Notes: generated from the sequence alone by a model not told the origin. 64,000 bases of DNA from Minisyncoccota bacterium (GCA_020059585.1 JAGVBU010000009.1:962-64961); one strand, 5' to 3'. Shown: positions 11,229-21,282, counted from the first letter of the stretch. Numbers and translations: made by a program.

Positions 11229-12251
11229 TCAAAAAACGCGGACGTGAGATTCTTCCTCTCCTCCCTCTTCCGTAGCAGAATGCTCGTGAATCATGAGTAT
11301 AAGGGGCGGCGCGTCATCTTCCTCGATTTTTATGAGATCTTCTTTTACGATTCCGGAAGGATCATATGTTCCATAATCGATTTCATATTCCGTTTCCGCG
11401 CGGGGTTTTTCCGGAATTTTTATCGCGTCGCTTTTTAATTCTTCAGGATATGCTTTTTTATAAAATGCCGCTGTTTCGCTTTTTTTGAACGGAGTCTCGC
11501 CGAGGAGTTCTTTCGCAAGTCCCTCATACGCGATCGCGCCCGAACTTTGAGGGGCATAAAGCATGATCGGCTTTTGGAAGCTTGGCGCTTCCGCAAGCGC
11601 AACCGATCGGGGGATTTCTATGTCGTATACGTGATACGGAAAGCGCCGGCGAATTTCCCGCGCAATTTCCCTCGAAAGCTTTTCCCGCTTGTCGTACATC
11701 GTAAGAAGCGCCCCTCCGATTTTTATGGGATGGTGAAGATTTTTTCTTATAAGATCAAGGGTTTCGAGCACTTGCGCGATTCCCTCGAGACTATAGTATT
11801 CGCATTGCACGGGGATAATTACTTCATCGGCGGCAAGCAGTCCGTTTATCGTGAGAAGATTCAGGCTTGGTCCCAGATCGATAAATATATATTCGTACTC
11901 GCTCCGCACTTCATGTATAAATTTTCTCAGAAGATATTCCCTTTCAGGAACCTCCACCATTTCGATAAGCGCTCCCGCAAGATCCGATGTCGCCGGAGCG
12001 ATATCAAGTCCCGCGAGATACGTGCGACGAATCACTTCCCGCGGACGTTTTCCGCCAAGAAGCGCGTGATAGATCGTTTCCTCGGGATCGTGGCGCACGC
12101 CAAGCCCCACAGTCGCGTTAAACTGTGAATCAAAATCAATAAGGAGCGTCTTTTTTCCGAGCATCGCGCAATACCCGCTCAAATTCATGGCGGTGGTTGT
12201 CTTTCCGACTCCTCCTTTTTGGTTAAATATTGCAATAGTGCGTGCGAGCAT
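11229..12251 (-). CDS. parA: chromosome partitioning ATPase ParA/Soj with about 85-aa acidic C-terminal extension
   Basis: Walker A KGGVGKTT. Start set at MLARTIAIFNQKGG because the ORF-track N-terminal 28 codons overlap tRNA-Leu. Confidence 0.85.
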   Translation of the reverse strand: MLARTIAIFNQKGGVGKTTTAMNLSGYCAMLGKKTLLIDFDSQFNATVGLGVRHDPEETIYHALLGGKRPREVIRRTYLAGLDIAPATSDLAGALIEMVEVPEREYLLRKFIHEVRSEYEYIFIDLGPSLNLLTINGLLAADEVIIPVQCEYYSLEGIAQVLETLDLIRKNLHHPIKIGGALLTMYDKREKLSREIAREIRRRFPYHVYDIEIPRSVALAEAPSFQKPIMLYAPQSSGAIAYEGLAKELLGETPFKKSETAAFYKKAYPEELKSDAIKIPEKPRAETEYEIDYGTYDPSGIVKEDLIKIEEDDAPPLILMIHEHSATEEGGEEESHVRVF

Positions 12252-12257
12252 ATTCCG

Positions 12258-12341
12258 TGCCCGAGGTGGGACTTGAACCCACACGGCCTTGCGGCCACAC
12301 GATTTTGAGTCGTGATCGTCTACCAGTTCCGACACCCGGGC
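12258..12341 (-). tRNA. tRNA-Leu (anticodon CAA), type II with long variable arm
   Basis: Minus-strand read GCCCGGG...CTCAAAA...TGGCCGCAAGGCCGT...GGTTCAAGTCC...CTCGGGCA. 7-bp acceptor (one G-U); anticodon loop CTCAAAA; no encoded CCA. Ends 6 nt before the parA ATG. Confidence 0.85.
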
Positions 12342-12541
12342 ATGTTTTTATAGTGCCACAAAATCAATGTATGGTAAATATAAACCCCTCGTTGTAGAAG
12401 GGTTCAAAATAAAAAATATCGCTTGAGCAACTGTAGGTTTTGTTATACCTACAACCAACGCCCCAAAGAGTGGACGATACGTTGCCCAAGGAATGGAAAT
12501 TTTCGGTCATGTCCGGAGCGACCGTACTATTTCCAGCTGCG

Positions 12542-12615
12542 TGCAGGCAGCAGGACTCGAACCTACAGCCTCTTCCTTGCAAAGGAAGCACTCTCTCCAA
12601 TTGAGCTATGCCCGC
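12542..12615 (-). tRNA. tRNA-Ala (anticodon TGC)
   Basis: GCGGGCATAGCTCAATTGGAGAG...CTTCC-TTTGCAA-GGAAG...GGTTCGAGTCC...TGCCTGCA. G3-U70 identity pair present; anticodon loop TTTGCAA. Confidence 0.85.
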
Positions 12616-12665
12616 AAAATACTATCCTTCAGTCTAGAGAAAATTTGCGTACTGTCAAATAAAAA

Positions 12666-13316
12666 TTACATTCCCAGATTCTCGAGAGGACAATTTTTGT
12701 GATTATGCCTTCGCGCCGGACAAAATTTTCTTCCATATTCAATGAGGTAATACGTAAGAAGAAACCAATCTTTTTTCGGAAAAAGCGCCATGAGATCTTT
12801 TTCTATTTTTTCGGGATCTTTATGTTTTGAAAATCCGAGTTTTTGCGAGAGACGGGCAACGTGCGTATCAACCGCGATTCCCTCGACGATTCCATACGCG
12901 TTTCCAAGCACCACATTTGCCGTTTTTCTTCCGACACCGGGAATCTTTATCATTTCCGCCATCGTGCGCGGAACCTCTCCCTTGTGGTGTTTTTGTATAT
13001 ACCGCGCCGCCGCAAGTATATTTTTCGTTTTATTTTTATAGAATCCCGTCTGATAGATATCCTTTTCAAACTGCCGAGGATTCGCGTGAAGATAGTGATC
13101 CAGCGTTCTATATTTCCTGAATATTCTTTCCGTCACCTCATTCACCTTCTTGTCCGTACACTGTGCCGAGAGTATTACCGCCACCAAAAGCTCCCAGTGG
13201 TTTGAATATCGGAGAATCATTCCCGCCTCAGGCAGGAGTTTCTTGAGTTTCTTCAATATGTCCCCCGCGCGGATTTTAGCGCTTTTTGTCGGTATCCCCG
13301 TCTTTTTTCCGGTCAT
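12666..13316 (-). CDS. nth: endonuclease III
   Basis: 216 aa; HhH-GPD motif PGVGRKTANVV; conserved LSAQCTD; C-terminal Cys cluster. Confidence 0.85.
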   Translation of the reverse strand: MTGKKTGIPTKSAKIRAGDILKKLKKLLPEAGMILRYSNHWELLVAVILSAQCTDKKVNEVTERIFRKYRTLDHYLHANPRQFEKDIYQTGFYKNKTKNILAAARYIQKHHKGEVPRTMAEMIKIPGVGRKTANVVLGNAYGIVEGIAVDTHVARLSQKLGFSKHKDPEKIEKDLMALFPKKDWFLLTYYLIEYGRKFCPARRHNHKNCPLENLGM

Positions 13317-14004
13317 TTACAAAAAGATACGTTGCGACTATTGCTGCGGTCTCCGCGCGCAGCGTAAATTTTCCAATGGTGCACACGCGCACATCGTTTT
13401 CTCTTGCGTATGCGATCTCTTTTTCTGTCCATCCCCCCTCGGGGCCTATATAGATTCTCACATCCTTCCCGCGCGCTATTGCCGGCGAATATAAATCTCC
13501 CGATTCATCGCATAACACGGAAATCCCGTGAAAAACATCTGTAAGTACGTCAGAAAAATCACGCACGGGGAAAAGATCCGGAATGCGCGTGCGCCCCGAC
13601 TGTTCCGCTGCCTCTTTCATTATTTTTTTCAATCGCTCCTCTTTCACCGCGAGCTTCACGGTACGTTCCGCGCGTATGGGCGTAATGCTCGACACGCCGC
13701 ATTCCGTCGCTTTTTGGGCAATCCATTCGAAATTTTCCCTTTTGATGACACTCGCGAAAAGATGAACTTTCGACAATGAGTCGTCTTCTTTTTTTCTCAA
13801 TCCGGAAAACCCATAGGTTATCACGCCGTTCCGTATATCTTTTATGACAACCTCATATTCGCTCCCCGTCGCATCAAAGAAAATAACAGAGGTCTCTTTT
13901 GAGACACGAAGCACGTTTTTTAATTGATGGGCAAGCCCCTTATCCTTGAGAGATATGCCGTCTTTCTCAAACTTTCCCTCTATGAAGAAACGATGCAATT
14001 TCAT
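13276..14004 (-). CDS. rsmE: 16S rRNA (uracil1498-N3)-methyltransferase RsmE
   Basis: 242 aa; MKLHRFF start and SPOUT-type C-terminal domain. Overlaps the nth start by 41 nt. Confidence 0.75.
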   Translation of the reverse strand: MKLHRFFIEGKFEKDGISLKDKGLAHQLKNVLRVSKETSVIFFDATGSEYEVVIKDIRNGVITYGFSGLRKKEDDSLSKVHLFASVIKRENFEWIAQKATECGVSSITPIRAERTVKLAVKEERLKKIMKEAAEQSGRTRIPDLFPVRDFSDVLTDVFHGISVLCDESGDLYSPAIARGKDVRIYIGPEGGWTEKEIAYARENDVRVCTIGKFTLRAETAAIVATYLFVNDRKKDGDTDKKR

Positions 14005-14025
14005 ATGGAATCGCCTGCGTATAAA

Positions 14026-15282
14026 CTAATAGTCCGCGCGCAATGCTTCTATTGGACTTTTTTTCGACGCTTGATGTGCCGGAAATATGCCGAATATAAT
14101 TCCTATTCCTCCCGACACCACTACCCCAAGAAACGCTCCGAGATAGGAAAAGATAAAAGGAAAATTCATATTCATAACGTAGGACGCGATCGTCACGCTT
14201 AGAAACGTCACAAGCGCACCCGCCATAATTCCGATGATTCCTCCGAGCAAGGTCAAAAATACCGACTCTATGAGAAATTGAGTGCGTATGTTCTTATTCG
14301 TCGCGCCAAGCGCCTTGCGCAACCCTATCTCTTTCGTGCGTTCCGTCACCGACACGAACATTATATTCATCACGCCGATTCCGCCCACCATGAGGGATAT
14401 CGCCGCGACAAACGCGAGAAAGACCGTAATCGCGTCGAGAATGCTGTTCACGCTTTTTATAATATCTTCCTGCGTACTCACAATGAAATCATCGTCTTCG
14501 GGATCTTCTATATCATGATTTTCGCGCAAAGTAATTTTTATATCCTTTACGAGATTCGGCACCGCATCAGGATTGCGCGCGGCGACTGCGATTTCATGAA
14601 AATGCCGTATTCCGAGAATATACCGTTGCATTGACGTGTAGGGAATCATTGCCATATCATCGATCCCGAACATTGAGGTGCCAAGCGTGGAAAGAACACC
14701 CACGATTTTGAACCGCTTATCTTTTATTTTTATCCTCTCTCCCACGGGATTCGCGGTCTCTGATCCAAAGAACTCCTTCACGATATTCTTGCCCACTACT
14801 ACGACCGCCGCATTTTCATCAACTTCTTCTTTCGTGAATTTTCTTCCGAATCCCACGGATATATTGTATATATCAAATCCCTCGGCACCGCTTCCTATAA
14901 TCGAAACTGTCTTTGTCTCTGATTCAAATGAAACGGTCGCCGAACCGTTCACCGCGGGATTTATAAAGGCCGCATCAGGCACATTTGAACGATTTCGGAG
15001 ACTCTCCACGTCTTTTTCCGTGAGCGATTTAAGAAGAAGCGCCGCGCTCTGTCCGCCAAAACTAAAAAGCCCGTCGGAGGGTTTTCCGGGATTTATGAAG
15101 ACGTTTTCGGATCCGAACGACTGTATCTCTTTGACGATGAGGTACGTCGCGCTGTCGCCTATCGACATTACTATCATGATGGCGCTTATGCCTATCACAA
15201 TGCCGAGCACGGTGAGCACCGATCTCCCTTTATGCGTGATAAGCGCCTGAATGGCAGTGCGTATGGTATCTTTCAAATTCAT
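14026..15282 (-). CDS. ABC transporter permease, FtsX/MacB family
   Basis: 418 aa; N-terminal TM, large periplasmic domain, C-terminal 3-TM FtsX domain. Confidence 0.8.
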   Translation of the reverse strand: MNLKDTIRTAIQALITHKGRSVLTVLGIVIGISAIMIVMSIGDSATYLIVKEIQSFGSENVFINPGKPSDGLFSFGGQSAALLLKSLTEKDVESLRNRSNVPDAAFINPAVNGSATVSFESETKTVSIIGSGAEGFDIYNISVGFGRKFTKEEVDENAAVVVVGKNIVKEFFGSETANPVGERIKIKDKRFKIVGVLSTLGTSMFGIDDMAMIPYTSMQRYILGIRHFHEIAVAARNPDAVPNLVKDIKITLRENHDIEDPEDDDFIVSTQEDIIKSVNSILDAITVFLAFVAAISLMVGGIGVMNIMFVSVTERTKEIGLRKALGATNKNIRTQFLIESVFLTLLGGIIGIMAGALVTFLSVTIASYVMNMNFPFIFSYLGAFLGVVVSGGIGIIFGIFPAHQASKKSPIEALRADY

Positions 15283-15284
15283 AA

Positions 15285-16526
15285 TTATTCGTAATGAAGA
15301 GATTCAATAGGACTTTTCTTAGACGCTTTTTTCGCGGGAAATATGCCGAACACGATCCCGATGGACACCGACACTCCTATTCCGAGCATCAAACCGCGCA
15401 CGGAAAAAATAAATGGAAAATCAAGACCCGCGAAGGTGCGCGCGGCATATGAGAGCGCGAATGTGAGTATCGTTCCCAATATCACTCCGATTATCCCTCC
15501 TAATCCCGTAAGAAGAAGAGCTTCATAAAGAAACTGAGCGAGAATGTCGCCGTTTGTCGCGCCAAGCGCCTTGCGCAATCCTATTTCTCTCGTACGCTCC
15601 GTGACGGATACAAGCATGATATTCATGATTCCCACCCCGCCGACCACAAGCGAGATCGCGGCGACGGAAGAAAGAAGCACCGTAAGAATTCCCGTAATCG
15701 TCTTCACCTGATCCACTATTCCTTCCTGTGTTTGTATGAAAAAATCATCTTTTTCAGGATCATCTATATTATGATTGCTCCGTATAAGGGATTTTACATC
15801 ACGAATGACTTCGGGAACTTTTTCTATTGATTCTGCCTCAACCACGATGCGGTTGAAGTAGCGGATACCGAGCACGCTTTCCTGAACCGTGGTGTAGGGA
15901 GCGATGACTGCCTTATTAAAATCTATAAACGAACCCTGTCCCTCCGGTTCAAGGACTCCTATGACCCTGAATTTCTGATTCTTCATCTGTATCTTTTCTC
16001 CTATCGGATCGATGTTCCCGAAAAGATCTTCGCGCACCTTATCTCCTATGACTGCCACCTTTTCCTTTTCTTCGACATCTCTCATTTCAAAAAATACCCC
16101 TCGAGAAACGGACAAATCAAAATTTTTTTCGATAAGTTCGGTGCTCCCCATTACCATCGCGTCATAAATCTCCGAGTCATAGGACGTAGTGACGTACCCG
16201 AACACGTAAGGGATTATATTTTTCGCTCCCGGAACGTTTGATTTCTTTTGAAGATCTTCGAAATCTTTCTGTTTTAATGAGTCATTAAGAAGCGTTCCCG
16301 CCGCATCAGTCGGTCCGCTCGGCTGACGTCCCGGCAGAAGGAATATATTAGAGGGTCCGAATCTCTGTATCTCTCCCATCACCAAGCCTTCGGCGCTTTG
16401 TCCCATCGACATAATGGTCATTATCGATGCGATGCCTATCACAATACCGAGCACCGTAAGCGCTGATCGGTTTTTATGCACAGAGATTCCTTTTTTTGCC
16501 GTGATGAGGGAGTCCTGGAATCTCAT
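15285..16526 (-). CDS. ABC transporter permease, FtsX/MacB family (paralog of downstream gene)
   Basis: 413 aa; same architecture as 14026..15282 and collinear similarity to it. Confidence 0.8.
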   Translation of the reverse strand: MRFQDSLITAKKGISVHKNRSALTVLGIVIGIASIMTIMSMGQSAEGLVMGEIQRFGPSNIFLLPGRQPSGPTDAAGTLLNDSLKQKDFEDLQKKSNVPGAKNIIPYVFGYVTTSYDSEIYDAMVMGSTELIEKNFDLSVSRGVFFEMRDVEEKEKVAVIGDKVREDLFGNIDPIGEKIQMKNQKFRVIGVLEPEGQGSFIDFNKAVIAPYTTVQESVLGIRYFNRIVVEAESIEKVPEVIRDVKSLIRSNHNIDDPEKDDFFIQTQEGIVDQVKTITGILTVLLSSVAAISLVVGGVGIMNIMLVSVTERTREIGLRKALGATNGDILAQFLYEALLLTGLGGIIGVILGTILTFALSYAARTFAGLDFPFIFSVRGLMLGIGVSVSIGIVFGIFPAKKASKKSPIESLHYE

Positions 16527-16530
16527 ACGG

Positions 16531-17271
16531 TTATTTTCTAAATCCTTCCTGCGCGACCACGCGACGATGAATCACTTTTTCGTCCTTGTCTATTTTCCCG
16601 TCGATAATATGAACTATCCTTCCACTCGCTTCCGCGACATATGATTCGTGGGTCACAATAACGATTGTGTGCCCGCGGTCGTTTAATTCCTGAAGAAATC
16701 CAAGCACCACGCCTCCTGATTTGGAATCAAGATTTCCCGTCGGCTCATCAGCAAATATAATTTTTGGATTGTTCACAAGCGCCCGCGCGATTGCAACACG
16801 CTGTTTTTGTCCTCCCGAAAGACGCGAGGTCTGATAATCCGTCCTGTCAGAAAGCCCCACAAGATCTATCATCTCTTTTGCTGTTTTTATCCGTTCCTTG
16901 GGAGCAACCCCTTTATACATAAGCGGAAGGGCCACATTTTCCAATACGGTAAGCCGAGGAAGAAGATTAAACGCTTGAAACACAAATCCTATTTTCTCAT
17001 TGCGTATCTGGGCAAATTCGTCATCGGTATAATTATTTATTTCTTTTCCTTCGAAAAAATACTTCCCTCCCGTGGGTCTATCGAGACATCCCAGTATCTG
17101 CATGAGCGTTGATTTTCCGGATCCTGAAGGCCCTACAATCGCGACAAACTCACCTTCTTGTATGGAGAAGGTGATATGTTCAAGCGCTACCGTTGAAATA
17201 TCCTCATTCGTATAAATTTTTGCGAGTTTTTCCGTCCGTATGAGCGCGTCCATATGATTATTCGCTTGCAA
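16531..17271 (-). CDS. ABC transporter ATP-binding protein (MacB/LolD-like)
   Basis: Walker [10 protein letters not shown]; ABC signature [15 protein letters not shown]; Walker [13 protein letters not shown]. Confidence 0.9.
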   Translation of the reverse strand: MQANNHMDALIRTEKLAKIYTNEDISTVALEHITFSIQEGEFVAIVGPSGSGKSTLMQILGCLDRPTGGKYFFEGKEINNYTDDEFAQIRNEKIGFVFQAFNLLPRLTVLENVALPLMYKGVAPKERIKTAKEMIDLVGLSDRTDYQTSRLSGGQKQRVAIARALVNNPKIIFADEPTGNLDSKSGGVVLGFLQELNDRGHTIVIVTHESYVAEASGRIVHIIDGKIDKDEKVIHRRVVAQEGFRK

Positions 17272-18805
17272 TGCTATACCCCTCGCGCACTCCCGAAATC
17301 ACCTCGGTGCGTCCATCGGAACCCCTTAATCCCACGGTGATCTCAATTCTGTTTACGGTTTCGCCTTCCACCTTATTCACAAAATATTTTCCTCCATCAA
17401 TGATGATGTTTCTTGTGGGAACATAGACGACATTCTCTTTTTTGCCGCTCATTATATCCACGTCTGCCGTAAGTCCAGGAAGAATCCTTTCATCCTTGTC
17501 TTTAAATTGAAGTTTTGTTTTATACGTCGCGACTCCCTCGATTACCGTTTCAGAAAGATCTATTTGGGTAATCACCGCCTCAAAAAGCGTTCCCCGTCCG
17601 TACGCGTCGAGCGTCACGCGCGCTTCATTCCCCAATTTTACTTTCGCAATATCAGATTCGGCGATGTTTGCCTCAATTTCGAAATTTCCCGATCCTATAA
17701 GCGCGACAATCGGCGTTCCGGAAACGATATCCCCCACTTCCGCGCTTACTTTTGTCACTGTTCCCGAGAACGGAGCGCGAAGGAGCGTTTTCTCATATTG
17801 AGTGCGATAATACATAAGATTTCCATTCGCCTGCTCAACCTGCGCTTCCTGCGATTCTAACTGTTCCTCTGAGGCGCCCGCGAGCGTAAGTGAAAGCTCG
17901 TTCTTTATCCGTTCCACTGTTATTTTTTGCGATGCGATTGTCTGCTCTTGGGAACTTAATGAGGTGTATGACGCGTTCACATTCGTGCGCGCCGTATAAA
18001 TATTCGATTTGTACGTACTTACCGTTGTCGCGGAAACCCCCACCGCTCCATCAACGACATCAAGAGTTCTCGCAAGAAAGTCCCGCACGAGGGAAAGATG
18101 CGCTTCTCCGGCGCGAATCGCTCCAGTGAGAATTTCCCGAGGAGAACTTCCGCTTATCACGCGCAGCTCTTCCCTCCATTTCGCGAGATCGTTTCCCACG
18201 CGATAGCGCATTGATAACACATCAATTTCTCCCTGTGTGTTCGATGAGGTGAACGTCAATTTCGGATTCGCGGTATCATCATCTGAAAAAACATCATCGG
18301 TTTTCGCGCGAACCGCGTCATCTGCTTTCGCGTACGCATCGTTCAATATATCAACGATACTCCGATAATAGTTATCGAGATCCTGCTCAGCTCTTTTTAA
18401 TTCCGTTTCCTTTATCGCAATCTCTTCGGGACGCGATCCGCGCTTCAATTCATCGAGTTTTGCCTGCTGTGTTTTCAGGGTGGCTTCTGCTTGCGCGATT
18501 TGAGCGGAAAGATCTCCGTTCTCAAGCTGCGCGAGTATCTCACCTCGCACCACGTTGTTTCCCACCTGCGCGGGAATCCGTGTTACGCGTCCGCTTTTTT
18601 CAAACGCCAAATTAATGCTTTTTGCCGGAACAACCTTTCCGGTAACACTCACTTCCTCAACGACATCTCCACGGGAAACCGTCACTGCCTCTTGCGGAGC
18701 GTCATTCCCACCGCCAAAAATAAAGTATCCTCCCGCGATTACGCAAAGCACCGCAAAAAACACAAGAACTTTCTTATATTTTAAAAGTTTTATTTTTTTG
18801 AGCAT
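17258..18805 (-). CDS. HlyD/MacA-family periplasmic adaptor (membrane fusion protein)
   Basis: 515 aa; N-terminal TM anchor, long coiled-coil region, C-terminal beta-barrel-like region. Overlaps the ATPase start. Confidence 0.75.
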   Translation of the reverse strand: MLKKIKLLKYKKVLVFFAVLCVIAGGYFIFGGGNDAPQEAVTVSRGDVVEEVSVTGKVVPAKSINLAFEKSGRVTRIPAQVGNNVVRGEILAQLENGDLSAQIAQAEATLKTQQAKLDELKRGSRPEEIAIKETELKRAEQDLDNYYRSIVDILNDAYAKADDAVRAKTDDVFSDDDTANPKLTFTSSNTQGEIDVLSMRYRVGNDLAKWREELRVISGSSPREILTGAIRAGEAHLSLVRDFLARTLDVVDGAVGVSATTVSTYKSNIYTARTNVNASYTSLSSQEQTIASQKITVERIKNELSLTLAGASEEQLESQEAQVEQANGNLMYYRTQYEKTLLRAPFSGTVTKVSAEVGDIVSGTPIVALIGSGNFEIEANIAESDIAKVKLGNEARVTLDAYGRGTLFEAVITQIDLSETVIEGVATYKTKLQFKDKDERILPGLTADVDIMSGKKENVVYVPTRNIIIDGGKYFVNKVEGETVNRIEITVGLRGSDGRTEVISGVREGYSIASE

Positions 18806-18808
18806 ATT

Positions 18809-19138
18809 CTATTTTTTTCTTTTTTCTCCTGTTTTCTCCTTAAACTTTTTGATTTCGGATTTCAATATATCTTTAACGGCATCTATCGCGATGCGCGCGT
18901 CAACATCATATGCTTCGGCCCGAAGAGTTTTTCCCGGAAATCGCACGGTTGCCTCCGTGTAAAATACCTCACCGCTTTTATGATGCCTTGTCGCGCGGGA
19001 AATTTCGACAAAACAATCGAGCGCCCCCTCTTTCTCAAACGAAGACACCATTCGGGAAAGCGTTCCGAATTTGTCTATCGTAAATTTTTTTATTGAGGGC
19101 GTAAGATCGAGTTTTTTCGCTACAATAGTGATATTCAT
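18809..19138 (-). CDS. hpf: ribosome hibernation promoting factor (short HPF/RaiA)
   Basis: 109 aa; MNITI... sigma-54 modulation / S30EA-family pattern. Ends 3 nt before the MFP start. Confidence 0.8.
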   Translation of the reverse strand: MNITIVAKKLDLTPSIKKFTIDKFGTLSRMVSSFEKEGALDCFVEISRATRHHKSGEVFYTEATVRFPGKTLRAEAYDVDARIAIDAVKDILKSEIKKFKEKTGEKRKK

Positions 19139-19154
19139 GCAAGAAAGTATATCA

Positions 19155-20486
19155 TTAAATTTCCATTCCGAGAATCTTCTTTATGGCTTTTCCCGCGTCA
19201 GCGCGTGCCACTTCGATTTGCGTCCGCGCAATGACGTTTTTTATCTGCAAGGTACCACGCGTCTTTTCTTCGGATCCCGCGATAAGTATGATTGGCACCT
19301 CGCGATGCAACGCGTACGCGAGCTGACCCTTGATGGTATCCTCGTTCCCGAAATAGATCTCGGTGCGTATTCCTTCGCTTCTCAAGCGCGCTGCCGATTC
19401 CTCTATATATTCTTCACACTGCTTTTCGAAGTTCAGGAATATCGCGTTCGCGACAGAATGCGTTTTTACAAGAAGTCCAAGCTGCGTTAACGCCGCGAAC
19501 AAACGATCGAGGCCTATCGATATTCCTACCGCGGGAATCGCACTTTGTCCGAATTGAGCCACAAGTCCGTTATACCTCCCCCCAGAACACACGCTTCCTA
19601 TGCCCGGAAGATCATTGAGCGTGGTTTCGAAAACCGGCCCCGTATAATATCCAAGACCTCTCGCAACTGAAGCATCCACAATCCATGCGTCGTTCGGCAT
19701 TCCGAGCGCGGCAAGGTGCGTGGATATCTGTCTTAATTCTTCGATCCCTTCCTTCATCAACGCCGCGTGCGAACCGAATGCTTTTTCAATATCCTCCCCC
19801 GGAGTAATCTTTGTTTCTATAATGGAACGTATCGCGATAGATTGTTTCTCTGAAAGTTTTTCTTCTTTTATAAGAGCCTCCTTCACCTTTGCCGATCCTA
19901 TTTTATCAAGCTTGTCGATAATACGAAGCACGCTCCGAAGCTTCTTTTCGGGAAATCCGGCCGCTTTCGGAAGCGCTTCCAAAATCTTCCTGTTGTTTAC
20001 TTTCATCGTGAAGTTTCTGACTCCAAGCGCGCGCAGCGTTTCATAACCGAGAGATATCACTTCGGCATCCGCCATCATTGACGATGATCCCACGATATCC
20101 GCGTCGCACTGCATAAATTCGCGGAGACGCCCCGTTTGAGGTTTCTCTCCTCGCCACGATTTTCCGATATGGTAGCGTTTGAATGGTTTTCGTATCCCCG
20201 GATATTGCGCGATCACCCGCGCGAGGGGCACCGTGAGGTCAAAGCGAAGCGCCAGCACATCGTCTCCGCGCGCCTTACTTGTGGTGAATATCTGTTTTTT
20301 AAAATCCTTGTCCCCCCCAGTTAGCACCTCCAAACGCTCAATTCCGGGAGTATCAATCGGCAAGAATCCGTAGCGTTCAAATATCGCCCGTATCACGTCT
20401 GTCATGTGTTGTCGGGGAATCATCTCCTCAGGAAGATAATCCCTGAATCCCGCCGCGAGTCCGGGAACCACTTTCTTCTTTTGCAT
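19155..20486 (-). CDS. hisS: histidine--tRNA ligase
   Basis: 443 aa; class II motifs RFDLTVPLAR, KRYHIGKSWR.E, GGRYNGL. Confidence 0.9.
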   Translation of the reverse strand: MQKKKVVPGLAAGFRDYLPEEMIPRQHMTDVIRAIFERYGFLPIDTPGIERLEVLTGGDKDFKKQIFTTSKARGDDVLALRFDLTVPLARVIAQYPGIRKPFKRYHIGKSWRGEKPQTGRLREFMQCDADIVGSSSMMADAEVISLGYETLRALGVRNFTMKVNNRKILEALPKAAGFPEKKLRSVLRIIDKLDKIGSAKVKEALIKEEKLSEKQSIAIRSIIETKITPGEDIEKAFGSHAALMKEGIEELRQISTHLAALGMPNDAWIVDASVARGLGYYTGPVFETTLNDLPGIGSVCSGGRYNGLVAQFGQSAIPAVGISIGLDRLFAALTQLGLLVKTHSVANAIFLNFEKQCEEYIEESAARLRSEGIRTEIYFGNEDTIKGQLAYALHREVPIILIAGSEEKTRGTLQIKNVIARTQIEVARADAGKAIKKILGMEI

Positions 20487-20553
20487 ATTCTTATTCTATA
20501 CTACGGCAGGAAAACCTTCAATTTATCGGTATTTTCGCTTATCACACAGAGTA

Positions 20554-20582
20554 TTGACTTTTTTCTTATATGGGTGTATAAT
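20554..20582 (+). promoter_or_regulatory. sigma70-like promoter
   Basis: TTGACT (20554-59), 17-nt spacer, TATAAT (20577-82) preceded by TG. A GGAGG RBS and ATG at 20647 follow. Confidence 0.5.
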
Positions 20583-20646
20583 ATCTCCAGACACTGGAAG
20601 TTCACAGAACTTAACATATTTTTCATTAATATTTTGGAGGTACCAA

Positions 20647-21228
20647 ATGACAGTTCTTTATATCGTTGTTGCGCTTGTCGCTTATTACCTTTTGACTTCA
20701 AAAAAAGGTCCCAAAGCCGACTACTCATCATTCTTAAAATATGTAAATTTCCGCTTAGGAAAAGGGAAGGAAATAACAAAAGATGATGTAGATAACGTAG
20801 AGCAATTTTCTCTCGCGATGGGTATTCCTTTTACTGCACGCGAGCAGGCGGCATATCTTGCGGAAACAACACCGAAGAAAGTGAAAAAACTCAGAGAAAA
20901 AGCTGATAAGGCAAAAAAACTCTGGAACAAACTTTCAAAAACTTCGAAATATCTTGCATACGTTGCCGCAATTGTTGTATTCGGCATTTTATACAACAAC
21001 TGGATAGGTCCTTTGTGGGATATGTTGGTAACATCAACACAATTCGTATGGGGAGTTCTCAAATCGGTTCCTCAATCGGTACTTGCCGCAGTTCCTTTCG
21101 TGATATTCCTTTATGTTGCTAAGAAATTAGCCGACTACAGAAAGAAATTGTACAAGCAGAGAGCAGCCGCTGTTGAATCTACGATTCCTACAATTACCAA
21201 AGTTTACAACATTCTGAATCAAGGATAG
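20647..21228 (+). CDS. hypothetical membrane protein (about 3 TM)
   Basis: Start chosen at MTVLYIVVAL... with a GGAGG RBS 7 nt upstream; the ORF-track start 20554 lies in the promoter. Confidence 0.5.
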   Translation: MTVLYIVVALVAYYLLTSKKGPKADYSSFLKYVNFRLGKGKEITKDDVDNVEQFSLAMGIPFTAREQAAYLAETTPKKVKKLREKADKAKKLWNKLSKTSKYLAYVAAIVVFGILYNNWIGPLWDMLVTSTQFVWGVLKSVPQSVLAAVPFVIFLYVAKKLADYRKKLYKQRAAAVESTIPTITKVYNILNQG

Positions 21229-21282
21229 TTAGCACAGCACAGATCACAGCTTCGACCCCCCCCTCCAAACCCAATTACATCA

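Noticed and set aside
11252-12335. N-terminal extensions of the ORF-track calls for parA, parB, typA, tig, truB, uvrA, the patatin gene, the RRM protein, the DHFR-like gene and others
   Set aside because: Each extension lacks homology to the family N-terminus. Several overlap a tRNA or a convergent gene. A conserved family start Met lies downstream, so the internal Met was used.
12364-12600. 78-aa minus-strand ORF and 79/69-aa plus-strand ORFs between nth and parA
   Set aside because: They overlap the tRNA-Ala and tRNA-Leu genes, which have canonical cloverleaf features.
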